DNA from: a virus
Taxonomy: Duplodnaviria; Caudoviricetes
IMG/VR virus record: IMGVR_UViG_3300048861_000070
Span: 1 to 43,531 of that record
Direction: 5' to 3' (one strand)
Length of the DNA stretch: 43,531 nucleotides
The first letter of the stretch is position 1; each line of letters starts with the position of its first letter. The position numbers were made by a program, and so were the translations under genes. Below are positions 1-9,299 of this stretch, piece by piece. The notes below the pieces were generated by a model. The model did no database searches and was not told the origin of the DNA. It was given only the letters and a program-made list of their open reading frames with translations.

Positions 1-127
1 TGCCTCGGATGAGCAGATCAAGCAGGCTGAGGCGATCCGGAACATGGAACCGGTCTTCAAGTCGCAGGAAATCTCTGGCATGAATGATGCTGAGTGGCAG
101 GCATACCGCGAGATGGCGCAGACCGCG
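1..127. repeat. 127-bp terminal direct repeat (copy 1), circular-assembly overlap
   Basis: Identical to 43405-43531. It lies inside an ORF that stays in frame across the junction. Confidence 0.97.
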
Positions 128-3100
128 ACGGATACGGCATCGCAGCAACTCGGCCAAACCTCCGTTCGTGAGATGCAGTGGATGTCTACGGCCAAGGGGC
201 GACTCCTCAGGGGCATGCAGGCGCAGCACGAGTCCATTCGCGAGGGAGTTCGGAAAGACGTTCGGGATGAGTTGGTAAGCAAGAATCCTGTCTACAAGGC
301 GCAACACTTCCTCAGAACGGGCGAGGTCGAGGGCGAGGAAAAGGCTACTCTGCACAAGATGAATACCGCGGCGGTCAATGCGCTGATCCCAGAGGGTGAG
401 AGCCGAGACAAGCTATTCGGTATGACCAAGAAGAAAGGCCTGGACCCTGACCTTCTAGCGGCTGCGATGGGATTCGAAGATGGAAAGACGATGATCGAAG
501 CCATCCTGTCCTCTCCTTCCCTGAAGGACGCGACCGAATCCGCCACAAATCAAAAGATGCTGGCAGAGCATGGCGTGATGGCAACTCCGGAAGGCATGGC
601 GCGCGAAGTAGAAAAGTCGGTCCACAATGAGGCCCGGGCGAGGCTGATCGCCTTCGAACTGCGCCACTCCTTCAACATGAACGAATCGGAGCGGGTACTG
701 GTCAAGGCAGCGCAGCAGACGGCGCGCAGGATGCTGTCCACTGAGAAGTTCTCCGAGATCAACCCCCGGGCTTATGCCGCAAGGGAAGCAAGGGCAGCGC
801 GGCAGGCTCAGGTGGCAGCGGCGCGGGGAGACGTCGAAAGCGTAGGGCGAGCCAAGCGCGAACAGCTTCTCCAGAACGCTCTTACTTCCGAGGCGATCAA
901 GGTTCGCGATGAAGCCCAGACGCATCTCCGATACCTGAACAAGTTCGACAATCCCTCGACGGCGATAACGAAAGCCATCGGCGCAGATCATGTCGACGCG
1001 ATCAACGAACTCCTGGCCGGGTACGCCATGGCTCCGCGGGAGCGATACAGCCAGCGTAGCGAAAGCATGGCCGAATGGATCAATCAGCAGTATGACCGGA
1101 CCGGCGTCATGCCGGCAGTGAAGCCTGACCTGGTGGCAAAGCTCGGCACGATGCACTGGAAGGATATGACCATCGACCAGCTTCGGGATCTGCGCGATGC
1201 GGTCAAGTCGCTCGACTACACCGGGCGCCGGCAGACCGAGGTTACGATTGCCGGGCAGAAGGCGACGGTGGACGAGATCATCGGGCAGGTCCAGGACACG
1301 CTGCGCGACATGACGCATACTCCGGTTTCGGACATCCGGGCGCGGCTGGAATACGGCAAGGGACTCGACAAGCTCAGCGCCAAGTTCCTGAACCTGAAAT
1401 CGTCGATCAAGTCTATGGATGCCGCGCTTCTCAAGATGGAGCAGCTATTCCAGTGGATCGATGCCGGCAAGGAAGCGGGAGCGAAAGAGGCTCCGATAGA
1501 TGGTCCAATGCAGCGCATCTTCCACCTGGCGACCGAGGCAGAGGGAAAAGAGAAGGGGATGCGCGCCGAAGCGGCCAAGGCGATGCGCGAGCTCGGCGAC
1601 AAGCTGAAGGACTCGAAGATCGATATCAGCGATTCCCTCGACGTTCCGGAACTCCCGCGGGAAGGGAATACCCGTTGGCTCCGCGGGGAACTCCTATCGA
1701 TGGCCCTGAACATGGGCAACCAGAGCAACAAGGAGAAGCTGCTGGCCGGTTATGGCTGGTCGGAGATGGAGGCGGTCTCGGCCATCAATCGGCTATTGTC
1801 GAAGCCTGAGATGGACTTCGTTCAAGGCGTCTGGGATCACGTCGGCAGCTACGGGAGAGAGATCGTCGAGCTCGAGCGGCGTCAGACCGGCGTCATGCCG
1901 CAGATGATCGAAGCTACTCCTCTGCACACAAAGCATGGCACCTACGCAGGCGGATATTACCCTGTCGTCTATAACGATGTCCTCGACTACAAAGCAGCGG
2001 AGAACCAGGCGCGCAACGCTGACCGGCTATTCGAGAACAACTTCTCCCAGCCATCCACGGCCAGCGGCCACACTGTCGGCCGTACCGGATATATCGGGCC
2101 TCTTTACCTTTCCCTCGGCGTGATCGCTCGGCACATCGACCAGGTAACGCATGACCTCTCCTGGCGCGAGTCCGTGATCGACATGAACAAGGTTCTGAGC
2201 GATCAGCGCCTTGTGCGGGAGATCGACCAGGTGTATGGGCGGGAGTACAGCAAGCAGCTCCGTCCGTGGCTGCAGGCGATGGCCAATGATCGCGTCTTCA
2301 ATACCGCGGGCGATTCGGCGTGGGAAAGCTGGGTGCGCAGGCGGCGCAGCAACGCGACCATGGTTGGCATCGGATTCAGGTTGTCCACCATGGCCATTCA
2401 CGGAACCTCAGCCCTGTCGAACTCGATCGGTGAGGTGGGTTCGAAGTGGTTCGCCAAGGGTGTGGCGCAATTCATGGGACCGGACCGCATCCAGGCCACA
2501 CGCGAGTTCGTCTATGACCGTTCTCCGGAGATGGCTCACCGCATGGATGAAGCCGACCGCAACGTCCACGAGGCAATCAACGAGGTCAACCGGCAGCAGT
2601 CGGGATTTGAAAAGCTGACCTCACCGGCCAAGCTCTACAACGACATTAGAAAGTTCGCCTTTCGCGGCGTCGGCATGCTCGACATGGCCTCAGCTCTCCC
2701 GACCTGGATGGGAGCCTATCTCAAGGCAATGTCCAAAGAGGCTGAAGGCGGCCTGAACCTCGGCGAGGATGAGGCGATCGCCTACGCTGATCGCGCGGTA
2801 CGCAATGCCCACGGCGGCGGCGGGACGAAGGATCTGTCCTCGATCCAGCGCAGCAAGGGCATCATGTCTTTGGCCACGATGTTCTATGGATATTGGAATC
2901 ACGTTTACAACCGACAGCGAGACCTGGCAAAAGGCTATGGAGCGGTGGTAACCGGTGAGGCATCGGTGAGAGATCTCCCGAAGCTGCTGGCGAGGAGCAC
3001 TTTTTACGTCCTGATGCCGCAGATAGCGCATTCGCTCCTGTCTTCTCAAAAGCCGAAGGATGATTCTCTGGAAGGCTATATGGAGCATATCGCCGAGGGC

Positions 3101-3430
3101 GTCGGGCTCGGGTTCGTATCAGGAGTCCCGATCTTGCGCGATGCGGCCAACGCTTTCGTCCATGGACGGGACTACACGATCTCGCCTCTGGAGACCGGAG
3201 CCAACACGGCACTTCATGCCCTGCAGGACGCAGTGAAGATAGTCAAGGGCGAGGAGCCAAGCAAGCGGTTCGTCCAGAATGTGGCGGAGACGGCGGGCTA
3301 TGCCTTTGGACTCCCACTAGCGCAGCCGGCAGCATCGGCGAAGTTCCTGTGGGACGTGATGAATGGAGACGCGCACCCGAAGGACGTATCCGATTGGTGG
3401 AAGGGTCTGCTATCCGGAAAGATCAAGTGA
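2..3430 (+). CDS. C-terminal part of the giant internal virion/ejection protein (continues from 39668 across the junction)
   Basis: Track ORF 44..3430 is in frame with the open frame from 39668: (43404+44)-39668=3780, divisible by 3. Helical, with a hydrophobic C-terminal region typical of podovirus large ejection proteins. Confidence 0.85.
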   Translation, partial: ASDEQIKQAEAIRNMEPVFKSQEISGMNDAEWQAYREMAQTATDTASQQLGQTSVREMQWMSTAKGRLLRGMQAQHESIREGVRKDVRDELVSKNPVYKAQHFLRTGEVEGEEKATLHKMNTAAVNALIPEGESRDKLFGMTKKKGLDPDLLAAAMGFEDGKTMIEAILSSPSLKDATESATNQKMLAEHGVMATPEGMAREVEKSVHNEARARLIAFELRHSFNMNESERVLVKAAQQTARRMLSTEKFSEINPRAYAAREARAARQAQVAAARGDVESVGRAKREQLLQNALTSEAIKVRDEAQTHLRYLNKFDNPSTAITKAIGADHVDAINELLAGYAMAPRERYSQRSESMAEWINQQYDRTGVMPAVKPDLVAKLGTMHWKDMTIDQLRDLRDAVKSLDYTGRRQTEVTIAGQKATVDEIIGQVQDTLRDMTHTPVSDIRARLEYGKGLDKLSAKFLNLKSSIKSMDAALLKMEQLFQWIDAGKEAGAKEAPIDGPMQRIFHLATEAEGKEKGMRAEAAKAMRELGDKLKDSKIDISDSLDVPELPREGNTRWLRGELLSMALNMGNQSNKEKLLAGYGWSEMEAVSAINRLLSKPEMDFVQGVWDHVGSYGREIVELERRQTGVMPQMIEATPLHTKHGTYAGGYYPVVYNDVLDYKAAENQARNADRLFENNFSQPSTASGHTVGRTGYIGPLYLSLGVIARHIDQVTHDLSWRESVIDMNKVLSDQRLVREIDQVYGREYSKQLRPWLQAMANDRVFNTAGDSAWESWVRRRRSNATMVGIGFRLSTMAIHGTSALSNSIGEVGSKWFAKGVAQFMGPDRIQATREFVYDRSPEMAHRMDEADRNVHEAINEVNRQQSGFEKLTSPAKLYNDIRKFAFRGVGMLDMASALPTWMGAYLKAMSKEAEGGLNLGEDEAIAYADRAVRNAHGGGGTKDLSSIQRSKGIMSLATMFYGYWNHVYNRQRDLAKGYGAVVTGEASVRDLPKLLARSTFYVLMPQIAHSLLSSQKPKDDSLEGYMEHIAEGVGLGFVSGVPILRDAANAFVHGRDYTISPLETGANTALHALQDAVKIVKGEEPSKRFVQNVAETAGYAFGLPLAQPAASAKFLWDVMNGDAHPKDVSDWWKGLLSGKIK

Positions 3431-3847
3431 TCAGTGCTTTTTGATGTCGGCAGTGATATCGGGTAGATCCTTCTTGAGCTCGTCTCCGAAAAGTGTAGCC
3501 CACTTATCCGGACCGCCTCCGCGAAGAGTCACGAATCCTCCGCGCTTGGTGAACGTCGCTACGATCGAAGCTCCATCGCCATCCTTGATGATCGTTATGA
3601 AGACGGTGGCGTATTCGGCTCCGACGTCGAAAGACGTCTTGTTCGCCTGTATCGCGCCTTGCGCTTTGTCGGTGAACTTGACCGCATAGCGCAATTGGGT
3701 AAGGACGCGCATAGTATCCGCGAATACCTTATCTTGATTTTCTTTTGTATGGTAGGTGCCGACGGTGATCTTGTCGGCGTGTGCGGGAACAACAAACAGC
3801 AGGCAGGCGAGTAGTAAGAAGCCCAATTTTTTCACGGTTTGTATCAT
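3431..3847 (-). CDS. Secreted/periplasmic protein, 138 aa; moron-like, possible superinfection exclusion
   Basis: Signal peptide MIQTVKKLGFLLLACLLFVVPAHA|D. Opposite strand to the structural operon, with its stop abutting the giant gene's stop. Confidence 0.7.
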   Translation of the reverse strand: MIQTVKKLGFLLLACLLFVVPAHADKITVGTYHTKENQDKVFADTMRVLTQLRYAVKFTDKAQGAIQANKTSFDVGAEYATVFITIIKDGDGASIVATFTKRGGFVTLRGGGPDKWATLFGDELKKDLPDITADIKKH

Positions 3848-3861
3848 AGCCCCATTTCTGA

Positions 3862-3894
3862 TAGACCCATAACCTTTTTTTTGCGGGATACCTT
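3862..3894 (+). promoter_or_regulatory. Putative late promoter (TAGACCCATAAC-N15-TACCTT)
   Basis: The same 12-mer occurs at 27598 and 30939. A -10-like hexamer follows at conserved spacing, upstream of the tail-fibre genes. Confidence 0.7.
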
Positions 3895-3916
3895 CCCATC
3901 AGGGGATTCCTGCGCG

Positions 3917-4690
3917 ATGGCCGTAAACTCAACCAATCGGAAGGCTGGCCCGTTTCTCGGAAACGACGTAACTGTAACATTCCCCTTTGCCTTCGTTGTG
4001 TTTCAAGCTAGCGACCTCTTTGTGACAACCATCCAGGCCGGGGCAGACACCGAGACCGTTTTGGTCCTCAATTCTGACTATACGGCGGTGGTGAACCCAG
4101 ATCAGGACACCGATCCCGGTGGATCTATAACCCTTACCGCTGGCGCTCTCCCGTCCGGTACGCGCCTGGTGATCACCTCCGCAGTTCCTCAGCTTCAGGA
4201 AGTGGTCCTCACCAACCTGGGCGGGTTCTTCCCGGACGTGCTCAACGGTGAATACGACAAGCTGACCATCCTCGTCCAACAGCTCCAGGTGGATGTGGAC
4301 AGATGCGTGAAGTTCCCTTTGACGGATGATTCTGAGGTTGTAAACCTTCCTCCTGCCGAACAGCGCGCCGGAAAGTTCCTCTATTTCGGTGCAGACGGTT
4401 CGATTTCTCTTCTGCCTGGAGCGCCAGTTCAGACCGGGGCATCGCAGTTCTTTGCCGGTGATCTGCTCGGGACTAAGAACGGAATCAATAAGACTTTCAC
4501 CCTCACCAATAGCGGTGCTCCTCTCGGAGTAACTCCGATTCAAGCTTCCACTACGGTTTGGCTCAACTTCCCACTTATTCCCGGAGATCCGAACGGCTAT
4601 GATCTCGGACCTAACCCCGGTCAGGTCACATTCAAGAATGCCCCTGCCGCGGATGACTCCCTATTTGCTGCAGGAGTGTTTGCTTTATGA
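3917..4690 (+). CDS. Tail fibre adaptor/anchor protein, 257 aa
   Basis: N-terminus GPFLGNDVTVTFPFAFVVFQASDL...EYDKLTILVQQL resembles T7 gp17-type N-terminal anchor domains. Short C-terminal beta domain (GTKNGINKTFTL...VTFKNAPAADD). ATG 3917 follows AGGGG. Confidence 0.75.
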   Translation: MAVNSTNRKAGPFLGNDVTVTFPFAFVVFQASDLFVTTIQAGADTETVLVLNSDYTAVVNPDQDTDPGGSITLTAGALPSGTRLVITSAVPQLQEVVLTNLGGFFPDVLNGEYDKLTILVQQLQVDVDRCVKFPLTDDSEVVNLPPAEQRAGKFLYFGADGSISLLPGAPVQTGASQFFAGDLLGTKNGINKTFTLTNSGAPLGVTPIQASTTVWLNFPLIPGDPNGYDLGPNPGQVTFKNAPAADDSLFAAGVFAL

Positions 4691-6939
4691 AAAGGATCAG
4701 CCTAGTTCTGGCACTGGCGTTCGCCGGTTCCGCATCGGCGCAGACTATCAATCCGGCGCAGGTACGCGGCACGGCCAGCGTACAGACTCCTACGGCCAAC
4801 CAAAATACGAATCAGCCCCCAGGAACGAGCTACAACGTCAACACGTTTAATGGGACTGGATTCCCCGGATTCGGGTGGGCTTCAATACAAGCCGCGGTCA
4901 ATGGCACGCAGTCGGTCGAGGTTCCCAGCACGTTCGCTCCCGGCGAGATGTACTATCCGGGAACTGAGGTAACGAATAGCCCGATAGCTACCTCCAGCTT
5001 CACGAAATACACCGGAGCCCCTGTCGAAGATCACCGTCCGCTCAACAATGATGTAAGCCTGGCTCAGGTCATCAGCCTACCCTCTATCGACGGCGTTTCT
5101 GAGGGTGGAGACACGGCCGGCGCCCAGCGATGCGTTCAGGCGGGGCATTGCGTGGTTGCTGTAGTTGGCAATTCGATTCACGAGAACGTAGCTGCGGTTG
5201 CCCCCAATGATGGATACACGCAGTATCTTCTCGATGCGCTACAGAGGAAGTTCCCAAACACTCAGTTCAACATCGTCAATCTGTCGATCGGCGGGACAGC
5301 AGCCGAGAACTTCAACGATGCGGGATATATCTGCGACCCATCGAGCGCGGCCAATCACTTCTTCCGCTCTACACCGGGGAATTGGTACATGCAGCAGTCC
5401 TTCAACAGCGGTTTCCTCGCTGGAGCGCCTTATTACCAGTGGCCTACAGGCTGCAATGTCGGCATGAATTGGAAGACGCATCTTTCGGGAATCAATCCGG
5501 ATATCGTCATACTTGGGTTTGTTGAGAACGAAGGATCGGTTGGTTCTGCGGGATTCGCTGCCAGCCTTACTACCGCAGTTACATTCGTTCGCAGCCTAAA
5601 GACTATCCCTCCGACCGTCATCCTCACGACAGACGTGCCACCCAATCCGCTTTGGGGTCCTACTCTGGGATTCCAGTTCCCCGGCATATTTGAGGGCCTA
5701 AACGAAGTAGTTCGCGGAGTAGCCCAGAGTAACGGCCTATTGCTTGCGGACGCTGATCGTTATTACAACGTGTTGGCTTATGGTGTCGATCCGGGCAGGC
5801 GGCACTTTCAGGTGGAGCATTCATTCCAAAACTTTCCATCGCAGTGGGCTGTGGCTTTAGGTGGTAACTCTAGCGATTTCCCGACTATCTCTGGTAGTGG
5901 ATTAGCTACCACAATCACCTATCCCACTCCCTCAGGAAGCAATGGAGTAGTGCAGAGAACTCGTAATGCTATCGACGTTGTTGTCAGTGCCACCTTTTCT
6001 GGTACGCATATCGGGACCAGTGTTCCGTCTATCTGGTATCGCATGACACCGGTAGCTTTGGGTGGACAGCAGTTCGGCTATAAGGTCCAGACTACAAGCG
6101 CTACATCTGGATCTAATACTATTTGGTCGATCACTCTCTATTACTCAAACGGAATCCCACAGGTACCTCTCTTTTCGGGAACTTGCACGGTTCCTACCGC
6201 TATACCTCTCACGCTGACAATAAAGACCAGCGGGGCGAGGCATCAAGTATGGTGCAACACATCCACGCTCATTATCGATACATACGACTACAACCTACTG
6301 TCTGCCGGACAAGTAGCCATAGGCGTTCAGGGTGGACCAGGAAGCATCAGCAATGAGTACATCTACTACGGAAATCCCACGCAGTATTTCACTCCCATGA
6401 CGAGCATTCAGTCGATGCTTGGGACGCAAGTGCCTCCAACCTATTCGGCAACGGGAGACTTCGACACCAATCCCTTTTCCTTTGGAGGGGATGGTTACCA
6501 CCACCCGAATGCTGTTGGATTTGACAGTTATTACCTTGCATCGTTCAAGCCCGTTCTGGATAGCCTTGAACACGCAATGACAGTGAATTCTATCTATAGC
6601 GTCACTCATAAAGGATCTTCCGGTCCATTCGGCGGATTACAAGACAGCCAGGATGGCCATGTGGATGTGGTTGACGGCCCTACCGGGGTCCGCATTGTCA
6701 ACAATTCGAATTCGGTGGTACTGGAGTCATGGGACGATGGAACCTCCAACCCTCACTTGTTCAATCGACCCATTGCGGTCAACGGTGGAGTCCCTATCGG
6801 CAACACAAACGATGTGCCGCATGTGGGCGCTTCGCCGACGATAAACCGTGCTGCTTGCATCAAGGCTGCCGGCCCTCCGGTGGTCATTGGTTTTTGCTCC
6901 ACGGTAGTCGACGCCTCAGGCGCATGCACCTGCAATTGA
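4687..6939 (+). CDS. Signal-peptide-bearing SGNH/GDSL esterase with inserted beta-sandwich domain; putative receptor-binding protein 1
   Basis: MKRISLVLALAFAGSASA|Q. SGNH blocks VVGNSI, NLSIGG, GFVENE and DGYHHP. 10 Cys. ATGA overlap with the adaptor gene. Confidence 0.7.
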   Translation: MKRISLVLALAFAGSASAQTINPAQVRGTASVQTPTANQNTNQPPGTSYNVNTFNGTGFPGFGWASIQAAVNGTQSVEVPSTFAPGEMYYPGTEVTNSPIATSSFTKYTGAPVEDHRPLNNDVSLAQVISLPSIDGVSEGGDTAGAQRCVQAGHCVVAVVGNSIHENVAAVAPNDGYTQYLLDALQRKFPNTQFNIVNLSIGGTAAENFNDAGYICDPSSAANHFFRSTPGNWYMQQSFNSGFLAGAPYYQWPTGCNVGMNWKTHLSGINPDIVILGFVENEGSVGSAGFAASLTTAVTFVRSLKTIPPTVILTTDVPPNPLWGPTLGFQFPGIFEGLNEVVRGVAQSNGLLLADADRYYNVLAYGVDPGRRHFQVEHSFQNFPSQWAVALGGNSSDFPTISGSGLATTITYPTPSGSNGVVQRTRNAIDVVVSATFSGTHIGTSVPSIWYRMTPVALGGQQFGYKVQTTSATSGSNTIWSITLYYSNGIPQVPLFSGTCTVPTAIPLTLTIKTSGARHQVWCNTSTLIIDTYDYNLLSAGQVAIGVQGGPGSISNEYIYYGNPTQYFTPMTSIQSMLGTQVPPTYSATGDFDTNPFSFGGDGYHHPNAVGFDSYYLASFKPVLDSLEHAMTVNSIYSVTHKGSSGPFGGLQDSQDGHVDVVDGPTGVRIVNNSNSVVLESWDDGTSNPHLFNRPIAVNGGVPIGNTNDVPHVGASPTINRAACIKAAGPPVVIGFCSTVVDASGACTCN

Positions 6940-6950
6940 AGGAGAGCGAC

Positions 6951-8843
6951 ATGAAGAAGATTTGGCTGATTGCTGCCTTGTTTCTTGCGACTGGGCTTAG
7001 CTTTGCCCAGAACGGCTACATCCATGGCAACGGCGACCCGAGCACGCTGAACCCCATCCCGAACTGCGGAGGCAGCCGGTTCTATATCGATGATTCGACG
7101 GGCAAGCTGTATATGGCTGCGCAGGGCTCTCCTTGCGCATGGGCGATAGCCAACAGCGGCGGAGGTTCGACGCCTGCCAGCAATCCGGCGTTCCCTGCTG
7201 GAGCCCTTGCGGACTACAAGTTTCTGGATGCAACAGGAACCATCGTTTCTGACAGCACCAGTAACCACAACGACGGAACGGCTAATGGCGCGGTTACATG
7301 GATAGCCAACGGCCTGAAGTTCGGAGATGAAGTTGGCACAAACAAGACGGCCGGGGTATCTCTTCCGGCAGCACTGAATGCCTCGCAGACCTTCCTTTTC
7401 GTGACCTATCAGAACCCAATTCAGAAGGTTCTCCTGCCCGTCACGTACCCCCTTCTTCTTACCAGTTCCAATGGGCCAACAGGATTCAATCTCCTTTCCG
7501 CCTACGTCAACGCTGCTGCAAATTTCGAGGGCGGATACTCGGTAGCCACTTACACCAACAGCGTGGCGAACAACTACACTCCCAATGTTTACTCAGGGCT
7601 TCACGCGATCGCATTTGTCTGCGGATCGGGCTCTGGAACGGTCGATCATATCTACATTGACGGAGTAGAGGCGGCTTACGGCAAGACGCAGGGAACTTCC
7701 TGCGGTGCTCAAGGGGCAGGGAACTTCTTCATCGGCAACTCCGGAGCGGCGCCTTGGAGCACCCAGGGAGAACTCAATGGAGCGGCCTACAGGGCGGTAT
7801 TCTGGCCCACCAAGCTCACGTCCGCACAGGTAGCAGCTGCCAGCAATGCGGCTCTTGCCGAAGTAGAGTCCAGAGGCGTTCTGCCCAATGCCCCCAATTC
7901 GGCAACGGTTGGAGTCCCCACCCTTAACTGCATTGGAGATTCGATCACCTTCGGCTTCCCGAACCTGACTCCTTTCTGCTCGCTGTTGACCCTCACGAAT
8001 CAGCCGACCTATGTGATTAACAACTGGGGTATTTCTTCAGTGAGTGCGCGCCTGGTAGCCACTTCGGAGCCAAACAGGGTAGCCCCTCTATGCCAATCCG
8101 CGAACGGGTACCAGCCGGTTGCACTGGTGATGTTGGGCACGAATGACTTCGTTGTAGTCACGAACAACCAGGCAACGGGGCAATTGATCTGGAGCTTCAA
8201 CGCCTCAGAGATTGCGACATTGAAAGACGCAGGCTGCCGGGTATTTGTCGGAACCATGATCTCCCGCAGTGGTAGCGGGGTGAATGGACAGACGAACGAC
8301 GCCAACAAAAACGCACTGGACGGCTATATTGCAGGGAACTGGAAAAACGCTGGTGCATACGGAATCATCGATTATGCTGCTAGCCCACTGCTGGGAGCCG
8401 ATGGCGCCTATGCGAACCCCAACGCAACGGGATGCTCTGGAGGAACCACATTCCAGGCTGACGGTATCCACCCAACCCAGTGCGGACAGCAGCTCATGGC
8501 GGGTATTGCCAGCAATGTATTGAACTACGCTTTCAGCCAGTACAGCACGGCAAACCCGCACGTAATCACTGCGAGTGCAACGCTGGCCTCGTCTGATGCT
8601 GTAGTGAGTATCGGGACACTCTCTGGCGCAGTGGCTCTGGTCATGCCTGACTGCACTGGACCGAGCGGAGCTACCTACGTCATAAATAATCCGCAGTCTG
8701 CGCAGGCGGTGACGATTGCTGGCGGGACAAACCAGACGATCAATGGTCTCTCTTCCGCGATCACCATCCCCAATAACTCCACGGTGACGCTGACAGACGT
8801 TGCCAATCCGAAGAATGTATCGGGTTGCCGCTGGACCATGTAA
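6951..8843 (+). CDS. Signal-peptide-bearing LamG-like plus SGNH esterase, 630 aa; putative receptor-binding protein 2
   Basis: RBS AAGGAG then MKKIWLIAALFLATGLSFA|Q. SGNH blocks IGDSIT, NWGISS, LGTND and DGIHP. LamG-like segment (HIYIDG...FFIG). Tail-fibre-like N- and C-terminal motifs. 12 Cys. Confidence 0.75.
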   Translation: MKKIWLIAALFLATGLSFAQNGYIHGNGDPSTLNPIPNCGGSRFYIDDSTGKLYMAAQGSPCAWAIANSGGGSTPASNPAFPAGALADYKFLDATGTIVSDSTSNHNDGTANGAVTWIANGLKFGDEVGTNKTAGVSLPAALNASQTFLFVTYQNPIQKVLLPVTYPLLLTSSNGPTGFNLLSAYVNAAANFEGGYSVATYTNSVANNYTPNVYSGLHAIAFVCGSGSGTVDHIYIDGVEAAYGKTQGTSCGAQGAGNFFIGNSGAAPWSTQGELNGAAYRAVFWPTKLTSAQVAAASNAALAEVESRGVLPNAPNSATVGVPTLNCIGDSITFGFPNLTPFCSLLTLTNQPTYVINNWGISSVSARLVATSEPNRVAPLCQSANGYQPVALVMLGTNDFVVVTNNQATGQLIWSFNASEIATLKDAGCRVFVGTMISRSGSGVNGQTNDANKNALDGYIAGNWKNAGAYGIIDYAASPLLGADGAYANPNATGCSGGTTFQADGIHPTQCGQQLMAGIASNVLNYAFSQYSTANPHVITASATLASSDAVVSIGTLSGAVALVMPDCTGPSGATYVINNPQSAQAVTIAGGTNQTINGLSSAITIPNNSTVTLTDVANPKNVSGCRWTM

Positions 8844-8872
8844 TTGACTCGGAGAGAATTCCGATAAAAGGG

Positions 8873-8896
8873 AAGGGGCCGAAGCTGGCCCCTTTT
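8873..8896 (+). terminator. Intrinsic terminator ending the tail-fibre operon
   Basis: AAGGGGCC-gaagct-GGCCCCTT followed by TT, 30 nt after the stop at 8843. Confidence 0.75.
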
Positions 8897-8903
8897 GGTA
8901 TAT

Positions 8904-9089
8904 TGACCCTTGAATGACCCTCGATGCTTCTAAATGGTTGCGGGGGTAGGATTTGAACCTACGACCTTTGGGTTATGAGCCCGCATTTATTAGCGATTCA
9001 TTGGCTTTTTTGCGTTTTGCCCCGTAAATACATGCCTGTTTTTATTGGGATATTCGCGGAGTCTTGTTAGCTGACCCCTATTTGTCCCT
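8904..9089. other. attP: tRNA-derived core flanked by putative integrase arm sites
   Basis: TGACCCT at 8904 and 8915, TGACCCC at 9072 and TGTCCCT at 9083. Each pair has an 11-bp period and flanks the tRNA fragment, downstream of the integrase. Confidence 0.8.
8935..8982 (-). tRNA. 3' fragment of initiator tRNA-fMet (CAT), att core; not a complete tRNA
   Basis: Minus strand GGGCTCATAACCCAAAGGTCGTAGGTTCAAATCCTACCCCCGCAACCA contains anticodon arm, T arm, acceptor 3' strand and CCA. D arm and 5' half are absent. Confidence 0.9.
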
Positions 9090-9092
9090 AGT

Positions 9093-9299
9093 TCAAGGTG
9101 TGACTCGATTGGCAATATCTGAGATGCGATCTATGAGTTCTTCCGTGGCATAAACATAGAATCGGCGTGTTAGAAATCCTTTCCCTTCCCGCCAAGAAAA
9201 ATCCATTCCGTGAAAATGCTGCATCTCTTCACAGATCATACGAAATTGCGGGCATAGTGCCCTCCCTACTTCGAAAACGTACGGCTTGATTACGCTCAC
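9093..9299 (-). CDS. Hypothetical protein, 68 aa
   Basis: GTGA overlap with the integrase stop. Confidence 0.55.
   Translation of the reverse strand: MSVIKPYVFEVGRALCPQFRMICEEMQHFHGMDFSWREGKGFLTRRFYVYATEELIDRISDIANRVTP

Noticed and set aside
44-3430. Stand-alone 1128-aa gene starting at 44
   Set aside because: The frame is open upstream and continuous with the ORF from 39668.
6729-6950. N-terminal extension of the 704-aa track ORF
   Set aside because: It overlaps RBP1; a strong RBS and signal peptide place the start at 6951.
8935-8982. Functional tRNA gene
   Set aside because: The 5' acceptor strand and D arm are missing; it is an att core.
3917-9299. Diversity-generating retroelement, expected from the BPP-1-like layout
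   Set aside because: No reverse transcriptase, Avd or TR/VR repeat pair was seen.
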